Assembly: GCF_016433145.1 (NCBI RefSeq)
Contig: NC_058134.1
Span: 281,496,414-281,560,413, forward strand
DNA from: Gracilinanus agilis
Taxonomy: Eukaryota
DNA: 64,000 nucleotides
Reading direction: 5' to 3'
Position numbers and translations under genes: made by a program
Shown here: one piece after another, positions 61,943 through 64,000 of the stretch
How the letters are laid out: each line of letters begins with the position of its first letter
How positions within the stretch are numbered: the stretch's first letter is position 1
Notes under the pieces: generated by a model
What the model was told of the DNA's origin: nothing
What the model saw: only the letters and a program-made list of their open reading frames with translations
The model's database searches: none

Positions 61943-62517
61943 TGTGGTGAAAAAGACGAGAGGATACTCACTGGGTTTTGTTAAAGGGATTTTTTTAAAT
62001 CTCTCCCTCTGTCTCTTTAAGAGGCAAAAGAGCAGGATTTCTAAGTAGATCAGAGCTTGACAGGTGTCAGTGAGCCAGAGCTGAAGATTCTGTTACCAGG
62101 AGAGAGAAAAAGGAAGCATCTGTGACAGTTGGGGCTTTTTGCCTCTGGATCTCAAGAATGTAGGAGGTCTGTCTCTGAGGCAAAGGGCCACTGGCAGTTG
62201 GGTGATAGAAACTGATTGAAGGAATTAGTGAGTGGTGGCTGTCAATATTTAGGAAGATAGGTAGTTAGCGAATCAATTTTTAGATAATGTAGGTTAGATC
62301 TTGCCAGGCAAGAAGAACCTGTCCTCATAAGACAGTTAGAAGTAGGGTTTTAGAAATGTTAGATAATATTAGGAATTTAGGGATAGTCATAGGGTACTAG
62401 AATAATAATCTCCCTTTCCTCCTTTTCTATATTCTATCTGTACTTCTCAAATTAAACTAAGTGTTTTATTCAACTGCTCTCCTCACTTTTTTTGGACTCC
62501 TACTTTTAACCCTTACA
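61943..62517 (+). mobile_element. Probable solo LTR (~575 bp)
   Basis: TG...CA termini, near-TSD ATAT/ATCT, ATTAAA near the 3' end. Confidence 0.5.
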
Positions 62518-64000
62518 ATCTCCTACAAGCTCGTGTTAGCCAACATTATGTGCTTACACTAATAGTGGGCCTTTAGAGCTGCACAAAAACCTTTTATTCT
62601 TCTCTGACTTTCTATAACACTCTCTACAACAGTCCTTCCAAAAATTTTGTATCAACAATCATTTAACATTTATTAAACATCTAGGCATTGGGTCTACAAA
62701 GACAAAGATGAAATAGTCCCTGGTTTGGGGTGTTTTCTTCTTGTTAGGGGAGACAACATAAACATACATAAGTATAAAATCATTAAAGGATGGCCTGTTC
62801 AGTTATTCCTCACCATACTGTAGATCTATTGCCTAGATAGATTTTCTGTTATATATGTTCCTTCTCCATTATAGGAAGAAGAAAAAGCCTATTTATCTTC
62901 TTGTTAGCTCTGAGCCCCCAGCCAGAAATCAGACAGTACTTCTGGCAAAGAGCTTCAGAATCTTTATCTCTTCTCTAGGTAGGTGTCCTCTTCAGTTGCT
63001 TCCCCCCAAGTGAATTCCAAATCAATAGAAGGCAAAAGCAAATGCCAGTGATTATCACTGTTTACAGACAAAGTAAACATTTAAAACAAAGACCAAACTT
63101 AACCTTCATGTTCAAAGGAAAAAACTTCAAACCCCCATGAAAGAGCTCAAGGAGAGAAAGAAGATATAGAACTATATAAATATAAAACCTATATTTAGCT
63201 ACACAGTTTCTAAACTATCTTGACTGCTGTGAGGAAGATTAGTTAAATATAGTTTATATGGACCTAGCAGGAAGGGCTGGAGCATTCCAAGATGGAATGA
63301 AGGAGCAGGAAGTTGCTTGTGCTCTGAGAGAGACTCCATTAGAGGTTGGCACAAAACTGTTGCTAGCCCTGGGAGATCTCAGACCTGCATCCTGATTCCC
63401 TGAGATCCTGAGTGGTGGTGGCTTTCAGCAAGTGGACAAGACCTACAGAGCTGCTCCAAGTGGAGGAGGGGTTTGGGATCTGGTGGACAGCATCTCAAGC
63501 ACGCTCTCTCTACTTGGGTACCTTGGACGGCCTTGGCTTTTGACATCCTGTGATCATCTTTGGATTACCGTGAAAACCCTCAAAGCCACCCTCAGCCCCT
63601 TTAACTATGCTGGTCAAACCTGGCTGGAACCAGGTTTGAAGCAGCCTTCCCCAGTGATTCCAGAACTGCTTCTTTGAGCTCTTCCTGGCCTAGGTCAATT
63701 AGAATTAGAGTAGAGAAGTCCTCCCCTTGCCCTGTGGAATTGCCTTTTAGTTTTAAGTGTAGAATCCCCTATCCCACCTTTATTAGAAAATCATAATTAA
63801 AACTGTTAAAACCCTTTACCTTGCCGGCTGGTTCCAAAGTCCCTGGCCTGTGAGCAGAGTGACAGTTGGGGCTAACTGCCATTCTTGATTCTTGGTCTCC
63901 CTATCCTGGCTGGTCCTGTCACTCCTTCAACCCAGTGTGTGTACCCACAAACCATTAGGACACATTTACATCCCTGGTGCCCCACTCTTTTTACATGGCA

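Noticed and set aside
63190-64000. Possible ERV/LTR internal sequence or further EEF1AKMT3 exon
   Set aside because: No methyltransferase motif I (ELGAGTG) found, and no element boundaries I can support without a repeat-library search.

Overview
Marsupial (very probably didelphid, Monodelphis-type, inferred from the dominant SINE family) genomic DNA, syntenic with the human 12q14.1 block. It holds CTDSP2 exons 2-8 and its long 3'UTR (+), the intronic microRNA mir-26a-2, a complete 19-coding-exon AVIL gene (advillin, 819 aa, +), a complete 6-exon TSFM gene (mitochondrial EF-Ts, 316 aa, -) and the last exon of EEF1AKMT3/METTL21B (-). Exons were placed by hand from GT-AG sites and comparison with human protein sequences recalled from memory; frames close exactly. 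Non-coding DNA is rich in SINE1, MIR/MAR, L1, L2, hAT and LTR relics, and there is one 325-N gap inside a minisatellite. The best unexplained signal is an orphan CpG island in AVIL intron 12 (~32.9-33.6 kb) with a (GGGGC)5 array and a plausible antisense first exon, lying on a sharp GC/CpG boundary that splits AVIL. Other leads: a stop-free in-frame 129-nt AVIL intron, miR-26/124/9 sites in the CTDSP2 3'UTR, a 7SL-derived retroposon, inverted SINE pairs around symmetric exon blocks, an NRF1-motif uATG at TSFM and an L2-donated poly(A) signal. No alignments or searches were run.
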